A stretch of DNA of 53,845 nt, counting the filler, from Jimgerdemannia flammicorona (taxonomy: Eukaryota): NCBI GenBank assembly GCA_003990765.1. It is 2 parts of 2 records of this genome, joined end to end, with 100 filler letters (N's around TTAATTAATTAA, not from the genome) between each part and the next. Parts side by side here need not be neighbours in the genome. Positions count along the whole stretch, not along the records: positions 26,976 to 53,845 come from RBNJ01000687.1; 1 more part is not named here. The stretch is one strand, 5' to 3'. Below the pieces are notes generated by a model that ran no database searches, was not told where the DNA came from, and saw only the letters and a program-made list of their open reading frames with translations. This document shows positions 34,955 through 47,816 of the stretch, piece after piece (position 1 is the first letter of the stretch; each line of letters begins with the position of its first letter). A program made the position numbers and the translations under genes.

Positions 34955-37900
34955 TGTCACATAGTAGTTACTGAGTCCTTCAAATATGTCATATTCTCTC
35001 CAAGATGTATCTCTTAGACTAACCTCAAGTTTATTATAAGTAAGTTCTTATTGGAGTGCCTTCCCAAGATCTTATAGTTCTCAAACTTCTTATCTTTAAA
35101 CTGTCTTGTTATTTCTTAGATTGCTTGCATGGAATTGAGAGTAAGTAAACTGGAACTAACTTTATTTCAAAGGAAATAAGAGGGATATTTATACAAAATA
35201 TGATTTAATAGTTGCTAAGTTATAAAGCTAAATATAAATTCCAATAACCAAATAAAATACTGGAACATAGAAAACTACAGTTGTCTGTACAAGTAGTTGC
35301 ACAAGTTTAAGATATCAGTAGAATTTCAGTAGTACAGAAAAAGGATACCAGAAGAATTTTGAGTTACACAAAATCAGAATACTAGAAGAATAACAGTTAT
35401 ACAGGAAAAGGATTCTGTTAGAATCTGATGTTACTAAGAACTTAGAGCAGAAAGTTCAGGATCATGGAGGCTTTATTTTTATCACTATCAAGGCCAGAGG
35501 TTAGAGATAGGATGTCTTCAAAGGAGATGAGGTCTACAAATATTTTGTCTATTTTGTATACTTCATGTATCTCACATATATCATATAGGATGACATCATT
35601 GCTAATGATATTATCACATTTGGTGGCAGAGAGAACAAGGAGGTCTGGGGCTCTCCAATCTATAATATTCTCTTCTACAAAATAAGAAACAAATATAGGG
35701 TCTTAGAGAGGTCTAACCTGGATGCTGGGGCCTTGGAATACTGAGATCAATTGTTGTAGGAATTGATCTGGGTTGTCCTGGAGGATGGGATACCAGAAGT
35801 CTTCTACTTTATCACTATTGAGGGTAATAGTGGACTGAGCCTCTGTAGCCACCATGACCTCCAGTGTATTAGTGTGACAAGCTGATAGTTCCTTGAAGTC
35901 TGAGATCCTAGTATACTCTAAGTTGGGGATTGACCATAGTATATACCAGAAGATCTGATAAATCTTCTTTACTATCCTTATTTTATGTATATCTATAGAG
36001 GTAGCATCTTGAATCTCCTGGGGACTGATCTGAGGGAACTCCTGACAGAGGAGGTTTCTTATTTTATACTCTTGCTACATCCAGAGGCATTTTGTAGCAA
36101 TAGTGATTCTTGTTTCTATTTCACAGCAGTAGAGAATATAATAATAGAGGTCACTAGTACTCAGGTTGATACTAGGAGTTCTTCTTGTGTGGGTCCCCAT
36201 GGCTCTTCTGATGTCTTGAAATATCCTATCCTGAACTAAGGGGCCTTGGTAGTTCCTGGACCTTGAGGTTTGGTAAGCAGTAGGTATTTTGTTTATAGTA
36301 AGTCTTTAGAACTATTTCTGTGAGCTTTGTTTGGATTGCTGCTACTGTGGTTTCTTGATTCTTCTTTTATATTTCTTGAGATGTCTGTCTTATAGTTACA
36401 ATGACTCATAGTTGATCATCATTACTCATCTTGTAGCCTAGATGAGTTATGCTATATAATCCTCTTATACTCTGATCTGGTGACTTGTGAGGAAAGGCTG
36501 TCTCCTGTGCTGATATCATTATTCTGAGATCACTATTACATCTTCTTTCTGAATAAAGATCTTCTTGAACATCCTTATTCATTGGTCCAGTTCTGAAAAA
36601 TTTACTGATCCTATAACCTCTGACAGGGGGTTGAAAAGTGGTATTTATAAACTAATGTCTTCCCTATGTATTTTAGCATAATGGTGAAGGGTTACTCCCT
36701 TTATATAGAGCAAGGGCCTGATTCTGATCTTGACCAATCAGTTGATGGTTCAAACTCCTCTGGCTTCGAAAGTCTCATAGATGAGTAGTTGCTGGTACCA
36801 TATCTCTTAGAGAATGATCCAGACAGATTGCCTACTGATTATGGGACATACTGTTATGATTCACAAACTAGAATCTTATGAGTGATCATTATGTTTTACT
36901 TTTCTTATATAGGTTTATGGTACTTCTTAAGTCTGTTCCTGTATACTATAGTAGACAGTATAGTTATTGAGAGTTTTCTAAGCCAGAAGGTAGTTCCCTT
37001 GATATCTTGCATGTAGAAGGGTCCTTCTCATTTGGGCTCCAGTTTTTGTGACAATGAGGCTTCTACCATATTCCAATATAGTAGGACCTTTTCTCTGATT
37101 TAGATGGATTCTAGGGTCTTGTGATTCTTCTCTGCATTCTTTCTTATCAGTACTTATGACTTGATGATGTAATCTTTAGCCTTCTTTCTGATTTGGTATA
37201 GTCTCTGGATTTCTGAGTCAACCTATCTCCATGTTAGGTCTAGATTTGTAGCTGAGGTTCCATCAGAATCTTTTTCTCCAAAGAGCAGTTCTCTTGGAGT
37301 AAAGTATATACTCTGTGACTATATATCTCATAGGACAGAGAGGACTGTTGAGAGATAGTTATCCCAATTATTATATATATCTGAGATCTATTCTTGAGGA
37401 TCTTATTGGTCCTTTCTATCTGTCTATTTCCTTAAGAGTGGTATACAGTGATCTTGATATACTGAATCTTGTATTTCTGATATATTATCTTGTAGAATCT
37501 ATTCACAAATTCTGTGCTGCAGTCTGTGGTGATTTGTCTTGGTATCTTAAGGCAGCAGATGATTTCTCAGTATAGAAAGTTGGCTATAGAGAGAGCATTG
37601 GCTTCTTATAATGCTCCTGCTTCTATCCATTTGGTAAAGAGGTCTATAATAACTATAATATAGCAGTGTCACTAATAGTGGTTCAATAATATCTATTGTA
37701 ATGTAGTGGAAGGGGATAGGCTCAATTCTTGATAACCCAGGTATCTGGTCTTACTGATCTTGTTTCTTTTTTTGGTACTTGTCACACTCTTTGAAAAATT
37801 GGTACAGGTCTTTGGTCACTATCTAGTTCTTCTTATTTTGTCATATGTATTGGTTCCTCCTAGGTGTCCTTGTTCATGTACTTCCTTCATTACTTGATAC

Positions 37901-39414
37901 TTCTTATGTTTGAGTATTACAAGCTTTCCTCCTTTTTTGAGTGTGGTATTGTATAGTTCAAATTGTTTCCAAGTCTAGTTGATGATAGTGATTGTTCATT
38001 GTTTTAGCTTGAAAGTGAGGGATTCATCTTGAATTATTAGTCAATAGGTACTAAGTTATCACATAGTAGTTACTGAGTCCTTCAAATATATCAGATTCTC
38101 TCCAAGATGTATCTCTTAGACTAACCTCAAGTTTGTTATAAATAAGTTCTTATTGGAGTGCCTTCCTAAGATCTTATAGTCCTCAAACTTCTTATCTTTA
38201 AACTGTCTTGTTATCTCTTAGATTGCTTGTGTGGAATTGAGGGTAAGTAAACTGGAGCTGACTTTATTTCAAAGGAAATATGAGAGATATTTATATAAAA
38301 TATAATTTAATAGTTGCTAAGTTATAAAGCTAAATATAAATTCCAATAACCAAATAAAATACTTGAATATAGAAAACTATAGTTGTCTGTATAAGTAGTT
38401 ATATAAGTTTAGGATATCAGTAGAATTTCAGTAGTATAGAAAAAGGATACCAGAAGAATTTTGAGTAATATAAGATCAAAATACCAGAAGAATAACAGTT
38501 ATATAGGAAAAGGATACTGGTAGAATCTGGTGTTACCAAGAACTTAGAGCAGAAAGTTTAGGACTATAGAGGCTTCATCTTTATCACTATCAAGGCCAGA
38601 GAACAGAGACAGGATATTTTTGAAGGAGATGAGGTCTGCAAATGTTTTGTCTATTTTACATACTTTGTATATCTTGTATATGTTATATAGGATGACATCA
38701 TCACCATGTTCAGCAGCAGAGAGGACAAGGAGGTCTGGGGCTCTCCAATCTATGACATTCTCTTCCACAAAATAAGAAACAAATGTGGAGTCTTAGAGAG
38801 GTCTAATCTGAATGCTGGGGCCTTAGAATGCTAAGATCAATTGTTATAAAAATTGATCTGGGTTGTCCTGGAGAATGAGATACCAGAAGTCTTCTACTTC
38901 ATCACTATTGAGAGTAATAGTGGACTGAGCCTCTATGGCCACTATGGTCTCCAGTATATTGATGCAGCGAGCTGATAGTTCCTTGAAGTCTGAGATCCTA
39001 GTATACTCCAAGTTAGGGATCAATCATAGTGCATGCCAGAAAATCTGATAAATCTTCTTTGCTGTCCTTATTTTATAAAGATAGTATCTTGAATCTCCTG
39101 GAGACTGGCCTGAGGGACCTTGGTGGTTTCTGGACCTTGAGATTTGGCAAGCAACAGACATTTCATTTGTAGTAAGTCTTTAGAACTATTTCTGTAAGCT
39201 TTGTTTGGATTGTTGCTACTGCAGTTTCTTAATTCTTCTTTTATATTCCTCAAGATGTCTGTCTTGTAGTCATAATAACTTATGGTTGATTATTATTACT
39301 CATTTTGTAGTCTGGATGAGTCATGCTATATGATTCTCTTGTGCTCTAATCTGATAGCTTACAAGGAAAGGCTGCCTTCTGTACTGATATCATTATTCTG
39401 AGGTTACTATTACA
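34955..39414 (-). mobile_element. Element D: internally deleted member of family C (LTRs 34955-36540 and 38057-39414; integrase retained)
   Basis: Two LTRs, flanking ATAT as a possible 4-bp TSD, PBS at ~38045-38056, PPT at 36541-36550; leader joins directly to the integrase N-terminus at ~37990. Confidence 0.92.
35442..36287 (-). pseudogene. ~281-aa accessory ORF encoded inside the family C/D LTR (best-preserved copy)
   Basis: 282 codons in one frame, only two in-frame stops, ATG>ATA (ATG kept at 27236 and 39161); CLWM*QEYKIRNLLCQEFP..KKIYQIFW..IPNLEYT..ELS; present in all four LTR copies. Confidence 0.85.
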
Positions 39415-42400
39415 ATATATATGAGTTAGTCTCATAATGCTTAAATATATTATCTAAGAGATATTTGTTAATTTTTTGATTTTACAGCCTTACTACTTAT
39501 TTGATACTATAGAGACCTTTTTATAATTTGTATATGAGCTTGTTTTGCTTATTATTATATAGTTTATATTCTGTATAGTTGATAGATATATAGCTCTATA
39601 TCTATATCACTATTTAAGAAGACTGTCTTAATATTTATTTAATAGATTTCATAGTTATATTTGGCTCTAATTATAAGAAGTATTCTAAGTGAAGTAAGTT
39701 TGAATATTGGAAAAAAAGATCTTATTATAGTCTATACTATATCTTTATAAATACTCCTTTATTACAAATTGAGTCTTATACTACTCTATACTGCTATTAC
39801 TATTATATTTAATTTTATATACTCAGTGAGATTCTATTACTTGTCAATTTTCTGAGAGAGAGACTAAATCTCATATATCATTCTCAATGAACAAACTATA
39901 CTTCTCATTTATAGCTTTTTACCACTCTTTCTTATCATCTGAGTGTATGGATTTATTATAGTTTACTGGTTCACCAGTCATTGCTATATAGGTATACTCA
40001 TAGATATAGTTCATATAATGTTATTTATAATAAGATATCTTAGACTAATCTCAATAACCTCCTAAATCTACTTTGACTTTATTTTGTAGTCTAGATTTGT
40101 ACTTTTTTTTTATCTTTCAGAGAGATATCCTCATCATTGTTCTCATCTATAATTTTCATAATTCTTGGCTGTGATAGCCTCATTGGTATATATATAGATT
40201 GTACTAGTACTGGTATGAGTGCTATTCTGCTTATCTTTGAAGTTAACATAGATATTATTGGCTGTATTATTGGATTAGATATAGAGATAAGACTTTTTAT
40301 ATAAATTTCTAAATTTTACAAGAGATAACTATATGGCATTTCTGTGGGTTCTATTATCTATATACCACTCTATTATATCTAAAGAATACATATATGATTA
40401 TCTGCTTTAAGCTCAAATTTGCCTCTATTACTATCTTTATTCAGAATATAAGCCTCTCTTTCAAATATCTATAAGTGTGAGATATCAGACTTAGATCTAC
40501 TTTATAATTCTTCAGAGATAAGATTACTATCATTTCTGAATTATTTATCAGATCTATCAGATCTATCAGAATTCTTACTTAGAGCTCAAGAAATATAACA
40601 ATTTCAGATATATACTATTATATTCACTACTTTAGCCCAGAAGAAGTATAGTAAGCCAGCTATATTTATTATTATTCAAGCTATCTCTACTATCATTTGG
40701 TTAAGCACTCTGTCACATATTCTGTTCAGATATATAGAGAGCTATTATAGAGTATTAGATATTATACTTCTTCAAGAAGTTTTTGAAGGTTTTATTGATA
40801 TATTTCTTACTATTATCTGAGCATAGAATTTATATCTTATATTTTATTTTGTTCTCTATAATTGTCTTAAATTCTTAGAGTTTTTCAAATATCTCATTCT
40901 TTACTATAAAGAAGTATATATAGACTTTGTAAGTATAATTATCAATGAAGATAATATATAAAATACCTCTTTCTAGAATATATTGAAGTTTGTATAAGGC
41001 TGCAGATATCTATATATATCATATTGAGAATACTGACTGCTCACTTCATCTATTTCTAAAAAGATTACTGAGAAGTTTTGTTTATTGCACATCTATTACA
41101 AAAGCTGAAATCTGGTGATATATAGTTTGGTAATCTATATATAGTTTTACTCTTTATTATCTATTTTAAACTTATCTTACCAATATATTCTAAGTATTTG
41201 TACTATATATACTAAGTATCAGTCACTGTTATAGAATATATAGATAATATACTACTTGGCATACTGTTAATTGTATATAGATTCTCCCTTTTCAATATAT
41301 ATATTAGCTCCTTATTATTCTTTAGATTAATTATCATCACACTATTTGGGTATATATTTACTCTTTTATCTTCTTAAGCTATTATCTGGCCTATTGAGAA
41401 GAAGTTCTTATCTATATCTAGTATATATAGTATATTTATAAAGGTATCTGAGAGTTCATTGATATTTTCATATAGGTATATACTAACATTATTCTTACCT
41501 TAAGTATAAATAATATTATTATCACTTAATTTAATAGGTACAGAGTACTTAAACTTCTCACATATAGAGAATTACTCATAGTATACTATTATATACTATA
41601 TCATACTGAAATCCATAAGTCAGATCTCTTTACTATATATATATTAGTACTACTAGATATATAGCTTATATTGGCACTAGTACTAAAACTGATAAAACTA
41701 GTGATTGGAGTATTTTTTATCAGTGTAAAAATATTTTCCAAATTCACTTCTATATCTTTCTCTATATATAGATAGATTATTACTTATATAAAGAACAGAT
41801 CTCTACTATCTCTACTACTTTATTATAGTTGATATTCATGATATTTATCTATCTACTTTTTTTTTTTTTATAGTCACTTGGAATTTTACTTTATTATCCA
41901 ACTATCTATAACATATTACTAATATAAATATGCTCCTCACTCAATCTCTCTCAAAAAGTCTCTCTCTTTCTCACCATTTCTCTGAAATGCCACCAACTCT
42001 CCTGATATTCCAATCCTTCCCCCACTCTTTCTAGATTATCTCTACCAGTTACTGCTGATACCCCCTACTTATACCTCCACCCCTCTACCATCTATTCAAT
42101 ATAACTATCATCAGCCACTCCTATCTAGCTACTTTCTCCCCCAATGTCAACTGGTGTCCCCTCAAATATATAGAGCCAATGATCTGCTAGTCTAACCCAA
42201 ATTACCAATACCCATCCTAATATCAGCCACTCATCTCTCAACCCCCCCATTAGTCTTCTCTGGAGATTACCCCACCTCTCTCCTGCTATCAGCTCTGATG
42301 AGTGCACCTCCAACCACACCTCCACCTCTTTTAAAAAGTTTTATCTGTCTATATTACTCATCTTTTTCTTTCTTTTTACAGTTATAGTCCTACTCATAAT

Positions 42401-43463
42401 ACTTATCACAGTAGAAGTATTTACTATTGAATTTGGTTTATTGACTATTATACTACTGGTTTGATTCTCATTCTTTATTTAACTTATCTTTGTCTCATCT
42501 ATATACTCTATAGAAGGCTTTCTCATTGTCTTTGTTATCATTGCCACTTAGTCTTGATTCCTTATTTAAAAGACTCATGATGATATACTTATAGTCTAAT
42601 AGTTTGCTAAATTCTCTTATAGTAGTAATAATTATATTATATATCTTAAGAAGGTCATACATAAGGACCAAAACCTTGTCTTCATCCTTAATAAGGTCTA
42701 TCAGTATAAAAAGAAAATTTACTTAATTTACCAGATTATTGAAATAGTTGATATAGTTCCAGATACTCTTCTTAGACTTTATTTAGAGATTAAACAGTTA
42801 TACTTTTAGATAGAATCTATTTGATATGGATGCCTGCTGATAGTTATTATATAATATCTTCTAGACTTTATTCATCATTATAGCATTAATGATAAGTTTC
42901 ATTTATATATTCAAAAGGGTAAATATAATCTCTCTTAGCACTCTGTAATCCTTTATAGTATTATATCTCATTATTTATATCTGTGGCTTCTAGTAGTTCT
43001 CCAGACTATATTATTTTAAAGATTCTTTATATGGTATATCCATATGGTATAATTTTTACTATCAAAGACAAAAATCATCCTTTTTACCATTGTTGTTAAT
43101 ACTACTATAGAAATGATTATAGTCAAGATACTTATACTACCAGTACCTGTTTTAGGTCTTGTTCTACTTATACTACTTGATAGACTTATGTTTGATACAC
43201 CTGATAGGTTTGATAACTTCTTTACATAATATGGTATATATATATATTAGAGAGGTATCTTTATCTTTATTATTATCTACTTTCATTAGTAGAACTCATA
43301 ACCTTTTATTGTAGAATACTTAAGAGAGAAGAAATAAGTAGCAGTTTTTTATTAATACTAGCTTATATGCTTTTATATATATTAGTGATACTTATAGGAT
43401 AATATAATCAGGCTGTAGCTATACTACTATATATTGAATTTCTATAACTAAGATATTTCAACA
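39415..43463 (-). mobile_element. Degenerate Ty1/copia element with 5' LTR (~43307-43463) and PBS
   Basis: LTR with TGTTG/CAACA-type ends; GGTTATGAG PBS 43295-43303; gag V*KILYNNYQQASISNRFYLK; protease *LMDFS..PIKLSDNN..KNFFSIGQ ~41390-41625; IN precedes RT. Confidence 0.88.
41857..42339 (-). mobile_element. Short 5'-truncated LINE inserted in copia
   Basis: Poly(T) then ATAGTCACTTGGA, the same 3' end as the 21380 copy; TSD TTTATCT(A/G)TCTA at 41844-41855 and 42340-42351. Confidence 0.85.
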
Positions 43464-46400
43464 AATAGTACCTATAATATCTCTACCTACTAAATCATTC
43501 TCCAGCACTATTGTCTCATCCTTATACTAGTTGAGCTTAGCTCCAGACCACTCCTTATATTAGTCAATAGCAGCCTTCAGCTCATCAATATTGGTAATAG
43601 AGCTAAGTCTCACCACTATATCATCCACAAAGGCCACAATATTTCAGACCATCTCTAAAACTGAAAGCTCAGATATCCTGTAGTGGATTCTATCTATCAA
43701 AGGCTCTAACAATAGTATATACAGAATAGGAGACAGTAGGTCTCCCTGAGAGACTCCTCTCTCTAATAAGAATGAGATACTATAATAACTATTATATAAA
43801 ATTATAGCCTAACTATTCTCTAAAAGACTGATTATTAATAACTAAAATCAATAAGAGATAATAATCCTCTCTAACACCTTCCTTAGCCAGACTTACTGTA
43901 TTCAATTATAGGTTTTTTTCTGATCAACCAGCCATCTAGTCTACTGGTTCTTACTATCTCAATCATACTGTAAACTCAGGTCATCTTATTTCTTATTAGT
44001 TTACTACTAATAAAGCCCCTCTATTTAACTCTTAATATCTATTGAGCTATCTTCTATAATCTTATAATAATCACCTTTATGACTAACTTTCTATCTATAT
44101 CTAGAAGTATAATTGGCCTTCAGTTCTTCCAATTCTTCCTCCTGCTCTTGTCTTTATAAAGTAGTACTACTATACTAAGGTCCTGACCTCCAACCTACTC
44201 CTTAGATATAAGAACTAAGTCAGATAGTATTATCATCTCCACCAAGACCCTTAGGACTCTCACCATCTTCTTCAAAAGTTCTAAGGCAGACTATCCTCAC
44301 TGAGAGCTATACCCTAATTTATAACTAATAAATACTTAAAATTTCTTTCTCTCTGACTAGCTGAGCCAATTCTCTAAAGCCATCTACTTATAGAGGGTAC
44401 TATTTCTCCAGGTAGCACTCAATCTCTCTCTCATCAGTACTATACTCTTCTTCACTCTACAGGTCTCTCCATCTATCTCTCAATGAACTCAAGATTCTCT
44501 ACATCTCATTTACTATGATATCTTTTTCATCAAGCACTCTATCTTATTACTATCTCATCTTTCTTATCTACAGAAGTCTAGAAAAATACTTGAATGGTCT
44601 CTCATCTTTCTCAAGCCCCTACTATCTCAGCTAAGCTACCATATCCTATATATAAGTCTCTTTCTCTTTCCTCAATACACTCTTCATCTCCTAGGTCTAC
44701 TCTAGTCTCTAATCTTCTATATCCTTCTATATCAACATCTCTGTCTATTTCAGCTACAATATCTCTATTCTATAAGAGGTCTACCTCACCTACTATCTTT
44801 ACTGTACCTCTCTAAACCTGTCAGCCTCATCCTAATACAACTTGGTAGCTTTCTTTGACTTCATCTAGTAGCCCCATCAGAGATCTCTCACTTTTCTAGT
44901 GAATAATCTTTATTCTAATATCTGCCACTTATTTATCTTACAATCTCTTCTTTTTTAATAAGAAGAAATTAAGATACTAGTATCCAGGCTCATTACTACT
45001 CTCTTTAAACCAGCTATACTCCAATAGTCCTCAATAATCAGATTAAGAACACCACTCTATCTTTAAGATCTCCCAAACATCTATCTCTCAGTAGTTAGCT
45101 ATCAGCATCCAATCTATCCTTATCTCAAGTCCATTTACTCAATGAGTGTAGATCTACCAGTTACCTCATATTATCCTACTAGTATCTATAAAAGAACTTA
45201 GCTACTCTACTTCCTCTTAAATATCCAGACTATTACTATTATCTAGAGTACTTCTCTCTCTGTTAGTTCTATCTATTAGTATATTTTATACTACATATAT
45301 TAAAGTTCTCTTCTAGTACATCCACACTAGTTTCAATAAGTGTACTATATTCTAAAAGCTCCTCCAACTATATAACATAATTACTCCTCACTATAGAGTA
45401 ATAATAAGAACTTACTATTACTGGATTATATTCTAGTCTTTGTCACTTCTTCTAAACTAAGTGGTTACTCTAATCTCTAATCTTATATACTACTCTCTTA
45501 TCAGTCTATATCAGAATTTCTACCTTATCTTTCCAAACTACCTCATTACCCCATTTCTTTATCTATATCAGTATATCTAAATTCTTCTTACAGCACATAT
45601 TTTATAATAGAAAGAGATCTGCCCCCAAGTCCTTTAATCAAGTAAAAATATTTCAATATCTTATAGAGCTCCTCAAACTATTTATATTTAGCAAAAAAAT
45701 GTTAGTTGTACTATTTATAAGAAAATAATATTTTGAAGAGTTTATATTCTCCTTATAATTTCACACTTATTTTTACTCTAACTATATTCAAATTATATTT
45801 TATATCAGCCTCTACATCTGCCTCCTGCCTAGTATCTAATTCAGCCAATATCTCTACAATTACCTCATCATCTCTGGTCTCTATTAACTTCTTATACTAT
45901 CTGCCAGATCATCAAGCCTTATCACTACTTCTATCAAAAATTAGTATATTTTCTGATAATAATATCCAAATCTGTCTCATACTCCTCATCTATCTCATAC
46001 TCTTCAGTCTTTAACATTACTATCAAAATCTCCAATTTGAGTCTCTCAACAACTTCTTACTACTCAATATCTCTCTTCAGGTTTTCTTATTAATAATATA
46101 CATATATATATATCTATCTTACTGAGCTCCTCAGTAGCCAAATATCTCATCATTATATATATCTAGTAAGTATCTCTTATTTATTCTTTATCATAAATCA
46201 TAGGCCTCTTTTCCTTCAATAAAGCTACACCAGCTTCAGTACTAGTAGACTTATTCTATATCTTCTCTAGAATATCAACTAACTTACCTTTCTCTACTCT
46301 TACTATATGTCCTCTCTATACTATATCTGGTATCTTAAACTAGATGCTATGCATGTCTCTTATCTCTATATATGCTATACTACTCTTCTTCTGAATACTG

Positions 46401-46500
46401 ATCTATACTGGGTATACCCTCTTCTCTTTCCAAACTTTAAGCATATTATTATTATAGAAGTTAACAATAGTCTTTATATTCTATTTTTCTCTTGTTTGAG
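43464..46500 (-). mobile_element. Degenerate L1/Tx1-like LINE (ORF1 end, EN, RT), cut by the copia insertion
   Basis: Minus strand AFVDDIVV ~43620, SQGDLLSP ~43740, KN*RPIILL ~44115; colinear with the other LINE copies. Confidence 0.88.
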
Positions 46501-47524
46501 GATCTAGGATATCTAGTCACTTTTTAAAGGATATGTTCAGTAATAGCTTGTAGGCTATTTAATAATCCTTTATTTATCTTATATCAGATTGGCTCATAGA
46601 TTCTACTATTACTAATTGTAATAGTATATCTTTACTATTATAGTAATTGTACTCTTTAAGTTAATAATCCTTATTATCAATAACTTAAAGATACTTATAT
46701 TAGATATCTTTAGCTTGAAAAAACAGCTATCTTAATACTTAAGTACTATTTGTTATACTTTTAATTAATTTAGTCTTTTTTTTTGATAAACTTGAATAAT
46801 AATTTAGTAATTATAAATTTTAATTCTTTAAAGTCTAAATCCTTTAGTGTATTCTTTTTAGATATGGTCTGGTTCTGAAAATTATATTTAGATTCTTCAG
46901 AGTTCAAGGATTTATAGAGTTCAGGATATCTAATTTTAGATGTAGTCTTTTTATTAGAGATTATTCTGAGACTTATTCATATATTATAGACTTAAGTTTT
47001 AATTGTCTTTTTTTATTCAATATTCTATAAATTCTGAAAGTTCTTGAGTTATTTCTCTAGAGGTATTTATACATTTTAAAGGCCTCTTAACATTAACTAA
47101 CTATTGGCTAAAAGATAATAAATAAAAAATCACTAGAAATAATATAAAAGTTATATTATAATAGTATTATTATGAAGTTATTATATATAATGCTATTTAA
47201 TGATATTATTTCTACATATAAACTATGAAGTAATTTTTCTGAATTTCAACTAAGACTTATGATATAGTGTTTCATTACATTATATAATAGTAACAGATCT
47301 CTATAAAAGAAGTTAAGACCTCTTCCAAAGTTTCAGAGTCAGATAATATAGTGCTAGACTCTTCAGAGTCTAGTTTTAATCTTATAGACTCAGATGATAA
47401 TATAGATACTAGTGAGACTAGTCTCATATTTATTGGTATAGGAAATCTCTATTGCCAGATATTCATAGGAATTTGGATATGAGAAATAGGTGCTTGAAAT
47501 AGACTAATGAGTTTATTGAAGATA

Positions 47525-47742
47525 CAGTGAGAGATAAAAATGGGCCAATATTATATAATTATTACTTTATAAATTTATTATAATTTAAATATAAATATTA
47601 TTAAATTTGATATTTTAGCTAATAATAAAGTAATTATATACTTTTTAGAAAATATAAAATTTATCTATATTTGGTTAATTAAATACATAGTTATTACTAT
47701 TTAAAGTTAAATTAATCATTGACCCATTTTTGTTCCTCACTA
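47525..47742. mobile_element. Tc1/mariner-type MITE
   Basis: ~25-bp TIRs CAGTGAGAGATAAAAATGGGCCAAT / ATTGACCCATTTTTGTTCCTCACTA; TA on the left flank only; AT-rich interior. Confidence 0.7.
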
Positions 47743-47816
47743 TTGTCTTAATGTTATTTATGACATAATTCATTTTGATATCCTCTACCTCTCTATATTA
47801 TTTTAACTTCTTTTAA

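Noticed and set aside
46500..47520. Possible additional element or host gene remnant
   Set aside because: No motif, terminal repeat or convincing homology found by eye
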